A stretch of DNA of 64,000 bases, taken from assembly GCA_965202785.1 (NCBI GenBank), contig OZ241855.1, positions 1,216,001 through 1,280,000 of the forward strand, given 5' to 3'. The notes below the pieces were generated by a model. The model searched no databases. It was given only the letters and a program-made list of their open reading frames with translations, and had not been told where the DNA came from. Made by a program: the position numbers and the translations under genes. Of the stretch, positions 9,580-19,652 are shown one piece after another (the stretch's first letter is position 1; each line of letters begins with the position of its first letter). Source of the stretch: Thermodesulfobacteriota bacterium. Its GTDB lineage: Bacteria; Desulfobacterota_D; UBA1144; Nemesobacterales; Nemesobacteraceae.

Positions 9580-10842
9580 ATGAAAAACACCCACTCGGTT
9601 CTGTATGCTTTTATCCTGATCTGCATTCTGGCTTCTTCAGGTTGCCAAAGCAATGACTGTGCGGATGCTTCTCTCTGCATAGGGGTGCTCATCCCCGAGA
9701 GGATTTTTGACGGCAGTTATGACAGCAGACGACAGGCGGTAGTTTCGGCCGTAGAAGATATCAATGCCGCAGGCGGTGATATAGAGCTTGTTTTTGGCCG
9801 CGACACTGACCGTTCTTTTGATTCTGATGCTCTGAGGAATGTTCTGAACAGGGGAGTCGACGGAATAATAGGTCCGACCAGTTCCGCTGATTCCGTGAAT
9901 CTCGTGAATGATCTTGTCCAGGCGGGGATGGTGGCGATATCACCCTCGGCCAGTTCGGTTGAAATAAGCACTTTCGCTGATCGCGGCTACTTCTTCAGAG
10001 TTATTCCATCGGACGCGTTCCAAGCACCCATACTTGCGAAACTGATAAGGCAGGCCGGGGGGAAACGCGCGGCCATACTGTTTCGTGACGACAGTTACGG
10101 AAGAAACCTTAAGGACGGTCTTGTCGAATCCCTTAAACAAGTGGGAGTAAGCTCGCTTGAGCCTGTTGAGTACGGGGAAGGTGCCGAGGCGGCGGTAAAT
10201 GCTGTAGTCGATGCAGTAAACACGGAGGATAACCCTGTAGACTCCGTGGTTCTCGCGCTGTTCCGTGAAGGGGGAGCGAATCTTATGGCAAGCATGCTGA
10301 AGAGGAAGGAACTGAATGGAAAAGTGAAATACTACGGAGCGGATTCACTCTCGATTGAGAGCTTTGCCGAAATAGTTGTCGCCCTTGACCCAGAAGCGCT
10401 TTCGCTTGAGGACATGGAAGGTTTTGTGACCACCATCGCGGGCCCTGATCCCTGCAGACTGGAAGACAGGCAGGAAATTTTTGATGAAACGGTGAGATAC
10501 GCAAGGCAGATATACGATGCTGTTGCGCTGATGAAACTTGCGTCCATTAAAAGCGCATCTTCTGATCCCGCCGTGTATGTCAGGGAAATGACAGGGATAA
10601 GCAGGGACGGAACTAAGTGCAGGACTTATGCTGAATGTGCAAAATTTCTCACCGACGGCGACAGTACCAACGATGATATCGATTATTACGGTTTTTCAGG
10701 CGAGATTGATTTCGATGCTAACGGCGACGTAACAAAGGGTTTTTACTACGTACACACTTATGATGACATGGGCGGAAGGCCTGACCCTGTTCTCGTTGAC
10801 CTGGAAGGGAATCCCGCAGGTGAGTGCGAGGCGGACGACTGA
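9580..10842 (+). CDS. Branched-chain amino acid-type ABC substrate-binding lipoprotein (LivJ/K-like), orphan
   Basis: Lipobox-like SSGC after a hydrophobic signal; INAAGG, IIGPTSS, ISPSAS, FFRVIPSD..Q, YDAV, GFSGEIDFDANGD. Confidence 0.85.
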   Translation: MKNTHSVLYAFILICILASSGCQSNDCADASLCIGVLIPERIFDGSYDSRRQAVVSAVEDINAAGGDIELVFGRDTDRSFDSDALRNVLNRGVDGIIGPTSSADSVNLVNDLVQAGMVAISPSASSVEISTFADRGYFFRVIPSDAFQAPILAKLIRQAGGKRAAILFRDDSYGRNLKDGLVESLKQVGVSSLEPVEYGEGAEAAVNAVVDAVNTEDNPVDSVVLALFREGGANLMASMLKRKELNGKVKYYGADSLSIESFAEIVVALDPEALSLEDMEGFVTTIAGPDPCRLEDRQEIFDETVRYARQIYDAVALMKLASIKSASSDPAVYVREMTGISRDGTKCRTYAECAKFLTDGDSTNDDIDYYGFSGEIDFDANGDVTKGFYYVHTYDDMGGRPDPVLVDLEGNPAGECEADD

Positions 10843-11072
10843 TCGGGCCTGCTGAGTTGTCGGGGGCCGTATTTCCCGTCGGAATATGCGGTTGCGACGA
10901 GACAGCGGATGCTGGCGGACATGCGGGGTCGCAAGTTGCACCAAATCCGATTGCCATATGTGGACGGGGATTAGAAGGGAAAGTCGGACGGCCCTGGCAG
11001 AGAAAATTCCGAGTGCTGCCTAATTAGATATACTTTCCCATAAGACCGCTCTTCGGGTCTTCCGATATCGTT

Positions 11073-13496
11073 ATGGCTTCAGGAAAAATTGTTCAGGTAG
11101 CTTTGCCGATTCATTCCGAACAGCTTTTTCTATATTCGGTTCCGAAGCGTTTCCGGCAAGGGGTTGCTACCGGGAAGAGGGTGTTTGTTCCCCTAGGAAA
11201 CCGCAAGGCCATAGGATATGTGGTAGGAGATGGGGGAGACCGGAAAGTCGATTTCGAGCTGAAGGATATAATCGACATCCTTGATGAATTACCGCTTTTT
11301 GACGAGAAACGCCTGGAATTTTTCCGCCGGGTTTCTGAGTATTACATGGCGCCTCTCGGAATCGTGCTTAAGTTCGCCCATCCTTCTGGGCTTGGCAAAA
11401 CCGTCGGGAAAACCGTGCGGATCACGGAGGAGGGGGAAAGCCGCCTTAAGGAAGCGGGTCTGAATCGCCTTGAGAAAAGAGTTCTGGAAACTCTTCTGCT
11501 CGAGGGAGAACTTGCCTCAGAGAAACTTATTGAACTCAGCGTCGGGACCTCGCTTGAAAATCTTAACTCTCTTAAGAGAAGGGGACATGTAGAATTTGAC
11601 TACAGGGTCATAAGAGATGAGAAGGTAAAGTACGAGAAGATATATGGAATCTCCTGCGATCCCGACACTGTCTCGGAGATTAAGCGGAAAAAACCGGCCA
11701 AGGGCGCCATACTTGAGTTCATAAAGCTCCGCGGTTCCGTTCCCCGCTCGGAACTAAGGGAAATATTCGGCAATTTCACAGTTCACGTAAAGTGGCTTGT
11801 GGATAACGCTTTGGTCTCTGTGGAGCAAAAAGAGATCGGAAGGGATCCCTACGGTGTTCTTGATTCAGAGGAGGAGCCACCTAAGAAACTTACCCAGGAT
11901 CAGCGTATGGCGATGGAGAAAATCCTGCCTTACGTTAAGAGGGAAGAATATCGCTGCTTTCTTCTTCACGGTGTTACGGGAAGCGGAAAGACCGAAGTCT
12001 ACCTAAGGACCGTGAGCGAGGTCATAGCCAGAGGGAAACAGGCGATTGTTCTTGTCCCCGAGATAGCGCTTACCCCGCTTCTGGTAAAGAGGTTCCGTTC
12101 ACGTTTCGCCGACTCTGTCTCGGTGATTCACAGCGCTCTTAGCGAGGGTGAGAGGTTTGATGTCTGGAGAAAGGCCCGCAGCGGGAATCTGAGCGTGGTG
12201 ATAGGTGCCCGCTCCGCGGTTTTCGCTCCGCTTGAGAATCTCGGCCTTGTGGTGGTTGACGAAGAGCACGAATCCTCCTACAAGCAGAACGAGACGCCAT
12301 GTTATAACGCCCGCGACGCCGCGGTCATGCTTGGAAACATATACGGCTGTCCGGTGCTGCTGGGTTCCGCGACTCCTTCTCTTGAATCCTACGCAAACTC
12401 GATCAGGGGCAAGTACGAATATCTTTCTCTTCCCGCAAGAGTGGGGACGAGCAGGCTTCCCGATGTTGAACTCGTGGATATGAAAAACGTGAATGAAACT
12501 GTTTTCTCCCCGCGTCTAAGGGATGCCTTGGTGGAGAATTTCAGCCGAAGGGAACAATCGATTCTTTTTATTAACAGGAGAGGTTTTTCAAGCTTTCTGG
12601 TCTGCGGGGATTGCGGTGAGATCTTCAGATGCCCCAACTGCTCTATAACCCTCACATTTCACAAGAAGGATAATTCAATCAAGTGCCATTACTGCGGGAT
12701 TATGCAGGAATTCGAGAACATCTGCTCAAGCTGCGGGGCCGAATACATGGGCAAGGGTCTCGGGACCCAGAAAGTAGAGGAGCAGGTAAAGAGCATGCTT
12801 CCCGATGCCAGGGTTTTCGTTATGGATAGGGACTACACCCGCGGAAAAACCAAACTTCTCGACCTCTATAAAAAGCTTGAGTCCGGGGAGGTGGATGTTC
12901 TTATCGGGACCCAGATGGTGGCCAAGGGACATGATCTGCCGGGGGTTACGCTTGTGGGTGTTCTCTCGGCTGATCATATGCTAGGGATTCCCGATTTCCG
13001 CTCGGGAGAAAGGACTTTCCAGGTCCTCACACAGGTAGCCGGAAGAACGGGCAGGGGAATAAAACCCGGGATTGTTATTCTGCAGACATATAACCCCGAA
13101 CATCCTTCGGTAAGATTTTCCATTTCCCATAACAGTTCCGGGTTTCTGGATGAAGAACTGGAGCTTAGAGAATCTCTTGATCAGCCTCCTTTTTCAAGGT
13201 TCATATCCTTAAGAGTCAACGGACTTGATGAGGAGAAAACACGAGATTTTGCCGAAAGGATGAAACGCACGGCAGAGAGATTTCTCCTCAAGCTTCCGCC
13301 TGGGTCGCTCCGAGTGCTCGGCCCATCCGAGGCTCCAATATACAAACTTAGAAACAGGTTCAGATGGCAGATCATTATCGTGTCAGAGAATCTGGGGTTG
13401 CTTCGGAACTATGCCTCGGCACTTTACGATTCGTTGAAAAAACACGCCTCGGGAATTAAGCTTGTAGTTGATGTCGATCCCTATGATTTCATGTGA
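11073..13496 (+). CDS. priA: Primosomal protein N'
   Basis: GVTGSGKTEVY, LVPEIALT, DEEHE, GSATPS, Cys-rich Zn region, GTQMVAKGHD, QVAGRTGR. Confidence 0.97.
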   Translation: MASGKIVQVALPIHSEQLFLYSVPKRFRQGVATGKRVFVPLGNRKAIGYVVGDGGDRKVDFELKDIIDILDELPLFDEKRLEFFRRVSEYYMAPLGIVLKFAHPSGLGKTVGKTVRITEEGESRLKEAGLNRLEKRVLETLLLEGELASEKLIELSVGTSLENLNSLKRRGHVEFDYRVIRDEKVKYEKIYGISCDPDTVSEIKRKKPAKGAILEFIKLRGSVPRSELREIFGNFTVHVKWLVDNALVSVEQKEIGRDPYGVLDSEEEPPKKLTQDQRMAMEKILPYVKREEYRCFLLHGVTGSGKTEVYLRTVSEVIARGKQAIVLVPEIALTPLLVKRFRSRFADSVSVIHSALSEGERFDVWRKARSGNLSVVIGARSAVFAPLENLGLVVVDEEHESSYKQNETPCYNARDAAVMLGNIYGCPVLLGSATPSLESYANSIRGKYEYLSLPARVGTSRLPDVELVDMKNVNETVFSPRLRDALVENFSRREQSILFINRRGFSSFLVCGDCGEIFRCPNCSITLTFHKKDNSIKCHYCGIMQEFENICSSCGAEYMGKGLGTQKVEEQVKSMLPDARVFVMDRDYTRGKTKLLDLYKKLESGEVDVLIGTQMVAKGHDLPGVTLVGVLSADHMLGIPDFRSGERTFQVLTQVAGRTGRGIKPGIVILQTYNPEHPSVRFSISHNSSGFLDEELELRESLDQPPFSRFISLRVNGLDEEKTRDFAERMKRTAERFLLKLPPGSLRVLGPSEAPIYKLRNRFRWQIIIVSENLGLLRNYASALYDSLKKHASGIKLVVDVDPYDFM

Positions 13497-13502
13497 CCCG
13501 GC

Positions 13503-16307
13503 TTGATGAAAAAGAAAATCCTTCTTCCCGACGAGGAAAACGCGCGCTTAACCGTTGAGAGATTTCGGGAGATAAACGGCAGACTCTCCGCGGAAAAGGA
13601 AAGAACCCTCCGCGTCATCTCTTCGCACAGCAGATTCCTCGGCAATTCAATCATAAGAAATCCACGTGCGCTAAACGTACTTACTAACGAAAAAGCCCTC
13701 GGGAGAAAAAAAACCCTTTCTTCCCACCGGGCTCCGCTTGCCTCGATTGTGAGGAATTCGCAGGATTCAGAGCGGCTTTCCGAAAGGCTCAAGGAGTACA
13801 AGTACACGGAACTCTCGAGAATAATCTACAGAGAAGTTCTGGGTCTCTGCACTTTTCGCCAGACCATGGAGGAGATTTCCGACCTGGCCGGTTCCGTGGT
13901 CAGGGCGGTGCTTGATTTTTACAGGTCCCGAATCGAGGGCGGAGACCAATTTGAGTTCGTAGTGCTTGGCATGGGGAAACTCGGCGGAAGACTCCTTAAC
14001 CTCAGTTCCGATGTAGACCTCGTTTATCTCTACAGAAGCGAGGACTACGCCGAGCAGATATTCAAGCTTTCCTCATCAGTTACCAGAACGATAAGCTCCG
14101 TCACTCCCGGCGGGTTTCTCTACAGAGTCGATCTGGGTCTGCGTCCTGGGGGCAGCAGGAGTCCGGTCGCGGTTTCGGTTGACGCGGCCCTTGAACATTA
14201 TTACCACTGGGCCGAGACCTGGGAGAGAGCGGTTCTGCTCAAGGCGACCCCTGTTGCCGGGGATATTGAGCTCGGTCGCGAATTCCTCGGGGAACTTGAA
14301 CCGATAATATACCGCAAGCTGCTTGATTACGAGTCCATAGAGGATCTCAAGGACATGAAGGTTCGTCTCGAGAGCATACGGAAGGAAAACGACGTAAAGC
14401 TCGGAAGGGGAGGAATAAGGGATATCGAGTTTTTCGTGCAGGCGACCCAGCTTATGAGCGGAGGAGCGGTGAAGAAGCTCAGGGGGCTCATGAACACTCT
14501 TGACGGCCTTTCCGCCATGGCGACGACGGGGTTCATAACAAAACAGGTAAAGGAAGAGATGGAGCATTGCTATCTTTTTCTTAGAAAAGTGGAGCATTCG
14601 ATTCAGCTCTGGGATGAACTTCAGACGCACAGCATTCCCACGGATGAGAGTTCGCTCGCCAGGCTCTCAAGGAGGATGGGTTTTGAAATGACGGCGGACT
14701 TCAGGGCAGCTTATGAAGAAGTGACCTCGCTTGTCGTGAAGAACTGCGGGAACCTGTTCTTCGACCCCGGGGTGGAGCTTGAGGAAAAAGGCAGGGAATT
14801 CTGGGAGGTGGCGGATTTTATGGCCGAGGGAAATGTAAACCGCGAGGAAGCGATTTCGACCCTCGGAAATCTCGGGTTTTCGGCACCGGACGATGCGATC
14901 GAAATCATATCAAGCCTCATGGATCCCCAAAGAGCCGGACTCACGGAAAGGGGAAGGATGCTTTCGAGGAAAGTGATACCGGCTTTTCTCTCAAACATAA
15001 TCAAGCTTAGTAATCAGGACGCCGCGCTTTTAAATCTTGAAAGATTTATCTCCGGTCTAGGTTCCAGAATGTCGGTCTACTTTCTTCTGAGTGAAAACCC
15101 CAAAATCATTCCTATGCTCTCCAGGCTCTTTTCAAGAGGCGGCATGCTGTCTGATTTCCTTATCAGGCACCCCGAGTATCTTGACTCCATCATACTGAAG
15201 GACGTGACGCAGTTCTACGATTCGAAAGATGCCATGGCACAGGCTCTTGGGGAAGCCGTCTCGGAAGAGGAGTTCTTTGAGGACAAACTCAATGCTCTTC
15301 GAAGCTTCAAGCACATTGAGTCCCTTAAACTTTGCTTCAAGGAACTTTCCGAGGACTTGGAACCGATCTACGTGGGAAAATATCTTTCGATGGTCGCGGA
15401 CGTTGTAATGAGTTCAAGCCTCGAACTTGCCAAGGATGCCCTTAAGTGTTCTCCGGGAAAGAGAAAACTTCTTGATAACATGGTCGTCCTGGGACTTGGG
15501 AAGCTCGGAGGAGGGGAAATGAGCTACGTTTCAGACCTGGACATAATCTTCATTTACGAAGGAGATGACCACGAGCTTTTCTCCAAGTACGGTCAGAGAT
15601 TCATATCCAATCTTTCGGTTTACACTTCCGAGAGCTTCTGTTACAAGGTAGATGTGGAACTGCGCCCGTCGGGAAATTCGGGTACTCTCGTCGCCTCGCT
15701 TGAGGCCTTTGAAGAATATCATAATTCAAGTGCTCACATCTGGGAGAGGCAGGCTCTTGTAAAAGCCCGCGCCGTTGCGGGAAACCGCGCGCTCGGCGAG
15801 AAGGTAATGAAAGTCATAGAGAATTTCGTTTATGCGAAAGAGCTCGCTCCGGATTTTCCCGAGGAAATCCACAGGCTGCGCGGGAGAGTCGAAAAAGAAC
15901 TCGCCAACGAGACGGAATCCAGGTTTAACCTGAAGACGGGAAGAGGGGGGTTGGTTGACATTGAGTTCCTCATCCAGATGCTTCAGCTTGCCCATGGTCC
16001 CGCAAACCCCGAGCTGAGAACGGTAAACACCATGGAGGCCATCGGGGCGCTTTACAGGGCCGGGTTAATTAAAAGCGACGAGGCCCTGACGCTTGGCGAA
16101 GGCTATTTATTTTTAAGAAAAATGGGAAACCTGCTGAGTCTTTTCAACGACAGGAGCAAAAACGAAGTCACGCGGGACGATTTTGACCGAATGGCGCCTG
16201 AGTTCGGTGGTTCCGGTGGAGAGGGAGGTTTTCTCATGTCTGAATACGCGCGCGTGACTGGGGACATCAGAGAAATTTATAACAGGTATTTTACGGGAAG
16301 CGCTTGA
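13503..16307 (+). CDS. glnE: Bifunctional glutamine synthetase adenylyltransferase/adenylyl-removing enzyme
   Basis: Two nucleotidyltransferase domains: GMGKLGG..NLSSDVDL and GLGKLGG.EMSYVSDLD; RVDLGLRP, WER, KLGRGGIRDIEF and KTGRGGLVDIEF. Confidence 0.93.
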   Translation: MMKKKILLPDEENARLTVERFREINGRLSAEKERTLRVISSHSRFLGNSIIRNPRALNVLTNEKALGRKKTLSSHRAPLASIVRNSQDSERLSERLKEYKYTELSRIIYREVLGLCTFRQTMEEISDLAGSVVRAVLDFYRSRIEGGDQFEFVVLGMGKLGGRLLNLSSDVDLVYLYRSEDYAEQIFKLSSSVTRTISSVTPGGFLYRVDLGLRPGGSRSPVAVSVDAALEHYYHWAETWERAVLLKATPVAGDIELGREFLGELEPIIYRKLLDYESIEDLKDMKVRLESIRKENDVKLGRGGIRDIEFFVQATQLMSGGAVKKLRGLMNTLDGLSAMATTGFITKQVKEEMEHCYLFLRKVEHSIQLWDELQTHSIPTDESSLARLSRRMGFEMTADFRAAYEEVTSLVVKNCGNLFFDPGVELEEKGREFWEVADFMAEGNVNREEAISTLGNLGFSAPDDAIEIISSLMDPQRAGLTERGRMLSRKVIPAFLSNIIKLSNQDAALLNLERFISGLGSRMSVYFLLSENPKIIPMLSRLFSRGGMLSDFLIRHPEYLDSIILKDVTQFYDSKDAMAQALGEAVSEEEFFEDKLNALRSFKHIESLKLCFKELSEDLEPIYVGKYLSMVADVVMSSSLELAKDALKCSPGKRKLLDNMVVLGLGKLGGGEMSYVSDLDIIFIYEGDDHELFSKYGQRFISNLSVYTSESFCYKVDVELRPSGNSGTLVASLEAFEEYHNSSAHIWERQALVKARAVAGNRALGEKVMKVIENFVYAKELAPDFPEEIHRLRGRVEKELANETESRFNLKTGRGGLVDIEFLIQMLQLAHGPANPELRTVNTMEAIGALYRAGLIKSDEALTLGEGYLFLRKMGNLLSLFNDRSKNEVTRDDFDRMAPEFGGSGGEGGFLMSEYARVTGDIREIYNRYFTGSA

Positions 16308-17725
16308 TGGGTAGAAGAAAATGCGTTTTTTTTCTTGCCGATGGTACGAGGTTGGATGTTTTCGCCGAACTTCTAAAAAGAGGCGACCTTGAGAACATAC
16401 AGAAATACGTTGTTGAACCCGGAGAGTTTCTTAAGGGAATCACGGTTTTTCCTTCCACAACGGGTCCGGCCTATACCCCGTACCTCCTTGGCAAGTTTCC
16501 AGGCAGGTGCAACCTCCCCGGCATAAGGTGGTTTGACAGAAGGTATTATGATAAAAACCCGTTTTCCCTGCGAAGATTCAGAAGCTACGCGGGTCCCCAA
16601 GCGTCTCTTATTAATTGTGACATAGAGAGCGACTCCCCGACGCTTTTCGGCATGGTTCCGGGGAGCGTAAGCATCCTAAATGAAATAACCAGGGATATAA
16701 GTCCCTTGGGGAAAAACAGGACCAAGTATCTTAAGTATTACCTAGTCGTAAAAAGCCACTTCACGGACAGAAGCGACAGTGTTGAAGAAGCCGCGGGAAG
16801 AATTCTCATTGATTCTCTTAGGGATTCTCCGCGTTTTATTTTCTGCGTTTTCACTGCGGCCGATGCCTACTCTCACCGCTACCATCCGTTTCACCGCAAG
16901 GTTATGGAGTCCTACAGAAGGCTTGACCGGTACGTTGGAATAGTTGCGGAAAAGATCGCCGAGCAAGGTGAACTTGACGATACGCTTTTCGTTGTTGGAA
17001 GCGACCACGGCCTTACGTGCACGCACTCCCATTTTGACTCCTTGGGTTTTCTTCGCAGACGGGGTTTCAAGCCGCTTTACTACACCAACGTGTTCAGGCA
17101 TTACCTTGACGCCGATTCATCCGTCATGGTCTCTGGAAACTCCATGGCGCATTACTATTTCAAAAACTCCGATGGATGGAGGAGACACACCCTTTGCGAA
17201 GAAATACCGGATATAGTGGACGAACTCTCCACGCGGCCGGAAGTGGATGTTGTCTGCGCCAGGACCGGCGGGGCGGGAGGGGAGGTGAAAATAACTAATC
17301 CGAGGGGAGAGGCTCTAGTGAGCGTGGATGAAGAAGGTCTGATCTGCTACAGCAATGTTTCGGGCAACCCTCTCGGCTATAGTTTTTCCTCAAAGAAGAT
17401 GAATCCCTTGGAGTCGCTTCAACTCACGATCGATTCTGATTATCCGGATGCCCCCCTCCAGATTCTCCAGCTTTTCGAATCGCCTCGAACCGGCGATGTG
17501 GTAATGAGTTCAAAACCGGGCTACGACCTTCGGGCCACGCACGAGAACCCTGAACATCACGGTTCTCATGGCTCCCTGCACAAAGACCACATGGTGGTTC
17601 CCGTTCTTATAAGCCGTCCGGCCCGATACGACTGCGTACGAACCGCGGATGTCTTTTCGAGCATCGTCCGTTATCTCGGGTTTGAAGTTCCCCCGGGTGT
17701 CGACGGAAGGGATATTCTTGAATGA
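16307..17725 (+). CDS. Alkaline phosphatase superfamily nucleotide pyrophosphatase/phosphodiesterase, no signal peptide
   Basis: LADG, FPSTTGPA (Thr nucleophile), DAYSH, SDHG, HGSL metal motifs; TGATG overlap with glnE. Confidence 0.85.
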   Translation: MGRRKCVFFLADGTRLDVFAELLKRGDLENIQKYVVEPGEFLKGITVFPSTTGPAYTPYLLGKFPGRCNLPGIRWFDRRYYDKNPFSLRRFRSYAGPQASLINCDIESDSPTLFGMVPGSVSILNEITRDISPLGKNRTKYLKYYLVVKSHFTDRSDSVEEAAGRILIDSLRDSPRFIFCVFTAADAYSHRYHPFHRKVMESYRRLDRYVGIVAEKIAEQGELDDTLFVVGSDHGLTCTHSHFDSLGFLRRRGFKPLYYTNVFRHYLDADSSVMVSGNSMAHYYFKNSDGWRRHTLCEEIPDIVDELSTRPEVDVVCARTGGAGGEVKITNPRGEALVSVDEEGLICYSNVSGNPLGYSFSSKKMNPLESLQLTIDSDYPDAPLQILQLFESPRTGDVVMSSKPGYDLRATHENPEHHGSHGSLHKDHMVVPVLISRPARYDCVRTADVFSSIVRYLGFEVPPGVDGRDILE

Positions 17726-17731
17726 GCGGAT

Positions 17732-18229
17732 TTAGGAGAAGATTTCCTCTATCTGGCTGCTGACTTCTCCCTCTTTTTTCCTAAGTGATATGGAAAGTTC
17801 TTTAACTACGTGGGAAAGGGCGTTTTCCATTATTCTTTTCTCGCCGAAAGAGAGGTTTTTTACCTTTTTCAGATGGTGTATGTCCCTTAGTACCCTGGCT
17901 ATTTCGTATATGTCGCCGCTTTTAACCTTGTCGGCGTATTCTTTATACCTTTTGTTCCAGCTCTGGACTCCCAGCTTGGGCACCTCGCTGTTTTCTTCCT
18001 TTAGTATGTCAAGGACTTTCTTTACTTCCTTCTTGGGCACTACGGGCCTTAAGCCTACGGATTCTATGTTATCCGTGGGGACCATGAGTTTTACGTTACT
18101 TTCAAGAACGTTAAGTATGTAAAAGGCTTTTTTCGAACCCAGTATCTCCTTTTCTTCAACTCCCTGAACCTCAACCACACCGTGAACTGGATACACAGCG
18201 TTTTGTCCTGCTTTAAATTTCCTGCTCAT
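17732..18229 (-). CDS. carD: CarD/CdnL RNA polymerase-binding regulator
   Basis: F..G..VYP.HGV, LMVP....VGLR, WNKRY, LSFGEK. Confidence 0.93.
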   Translation of the reverse strand: MSRKFKAGQNAVYPVHGVVEVQGVEEKEILGSKKAFYILNVLESNVKLMVPTDNIESVGLRPVVPKKEVKKVLDILKEENSEVPKLGVQSWNKRYKEYADKVKSGDIYEIARVLRDIHHLKKVKNLSFGEKRIMENALSHVVKELSISLRKKEGEVSSQIEEIFS

Positions 18230-18308
18230 TTTATTAAGTTATATGAAACAGTCAATATACCTGATTTACACCCCGTTTGCCAGAAAACGGACGCTAAGGG
18301 TCGGAGTA

Positions 18309-19514
18309 ATGGAGAAAAGTTGCGATTTTCTTGTTGTTGGCGGAGGAATTGTGGGTCTTGCAATCACAAATGAACTTCTTCTGCGCGGCTGTAATAACAT
18401 CATTGTTTTGGAAAAGGAAGAAAGCTTGGGGGCGCACTCAAGCGGCCGAAACAGCGGAGTTCTCCACGCCGGGATCTATTACACGCCCGATTCTCTGAAG
18501 GCGCGGTACTGCATTGAGGGAAACCGCCTGATGAGAGATTTCTGCCGCGAAAACGGAGTCGCTATATCCGAATGCGGCAAGGTCATCGTGGCGGACTCCG
18601 AGGAGAAGCTTGAAGGACTCCAGGCGCTTCAGCAGAGGGCGCAGAGAAACGGAGTGGAGTCGTATCTGATCGATGAAAAAGAGCTTGCAGAGATAGAACC
18701 GCATGCCGCTACGTTTGAGAAAGCCATATATTCTCCCGCGACATCGGTGTTTGACCCTCTAGGCGTTCTGGAGGCTCTTTGCTCGAGGATTGAAAAAACC
18801 GGGAAAGCGCGTGTGCTCTTTGACACGGCTTTTATTGGACAAAGAAAAGACCGCGTCGCCCTTACGAGCGGGGGAGAGATAGGTTACGGAAAACTCATAA
18901 ACGCTGCCGGGCTCCACGCGGACGCCATAGCGCGTCAATTCGAAGTGGGTCTTAGGTACAGAGCCATCCCCTTTATGGGTTCCTACAGGGAACTTACAAA
19001 AAAAAGCACTTACCTTGTCCGCGGAAATATCTATCCAGTTCCCGACCCGAGAATGCCTTTTCTGGGGGTGCACTTTACGAGGGGCACTTCGGGACGGGTC
19101 TTTATCGGTCCCACCGCCGTTCCGGTTCTGGGAAGGGAGAGCTACGGATTTCTCGAGGACCTGGGGCTTGAGTCGTTTCGGTTTCTTTACAGAAATGCGT
19201 CGATGTTCCTAAGTGACAGCGGATTCAGGGCAAATGCGCTCTCAGAGGTGAAGAAATATCTGGGATCCCATTTCTACGCAGAAGCCAGAAAACTGCTTCC
19301 TGGGCTCCTGCCCCGTCATCTAGTCTCTTCTGCGAAAACCGGTATCCGCTCGCAGCTTGTGGACTGGAAGGAGAAAAAACTCGTTATGGACTACGTTGTC
19401 TGCAAGGAAGAAAACACCATTCACGTTCTAAATGCCATATCACCCGCTTTTACCTCCTCGATGTCGTTTGCCAAATATGTAGCGGACATCCTGCTTGAGG
19501 AAGAACCTTGCTAG
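18309..19514 (+). CDS. lhgO: L-2-hydroxyglutarate oxidase (FAD-dependent)
   Basis: GGGIVG, SGRNSGVLHAGIYY, IYPVPDPRMPFLGVHFT, NAISPAFTSS; ATG at 18309 follows GGAG. Confidence 0.9.
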   Translation: MEKSCDFLVVGGGIVGLAITNELLLRGCNNIIVLEKEESLGAHSSGRNSGVLHAGIYYTPDSLKARYCIEGNRLMRDFCRENGVAISECGKVIVADSEEKLEGLQALQQRAQRNGVESYLIDEKELAEIEPHAATFEKAIYSPATSVFDPLGVLEALCSRIEKTGKARVLFDTAFIGQRKDRVALTSGGEIGYGKLINAAGLHADAIARQFEVGLRYRAIPFMGSYRELTKKSTYLVRGNIYPVPDPRMPFLGVHFTRGTSGRVFIGPTAVPVLGRESYGFLEDLGLESFRFLYRNASMFLSDSGFRANALSEVKKYLGSHFYAEARKLLPGLLPRHLVSSAKTGIRSQLVDWKEKKLVMDYVVCKEENTIHVLNAISPAFTSSMSFAKYVADILLEEEPC

Positions 19515-19652
19515 GCGCAATGGACAAGGGGCTTTTTTATGCCCGGTCTTATTTTTTCCATTTTTCCTTGAAAAAATTCCGGCAATCGCATTTAATATTT
19601 ATCCGTATTTATCCTTTTTTCCGTTGAGAAGTTGCTTTAACCGGACTAGAAA

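Noticed and set aside
10972-11020. Cobalamin riboswitch-like or RNase P-like words (AAGGGAAAGTCGG...TTCCGA)
   Set aside because: The GCAACTGT/B12-box elements are missing, and there is no room for an RNase P RNA before priA.
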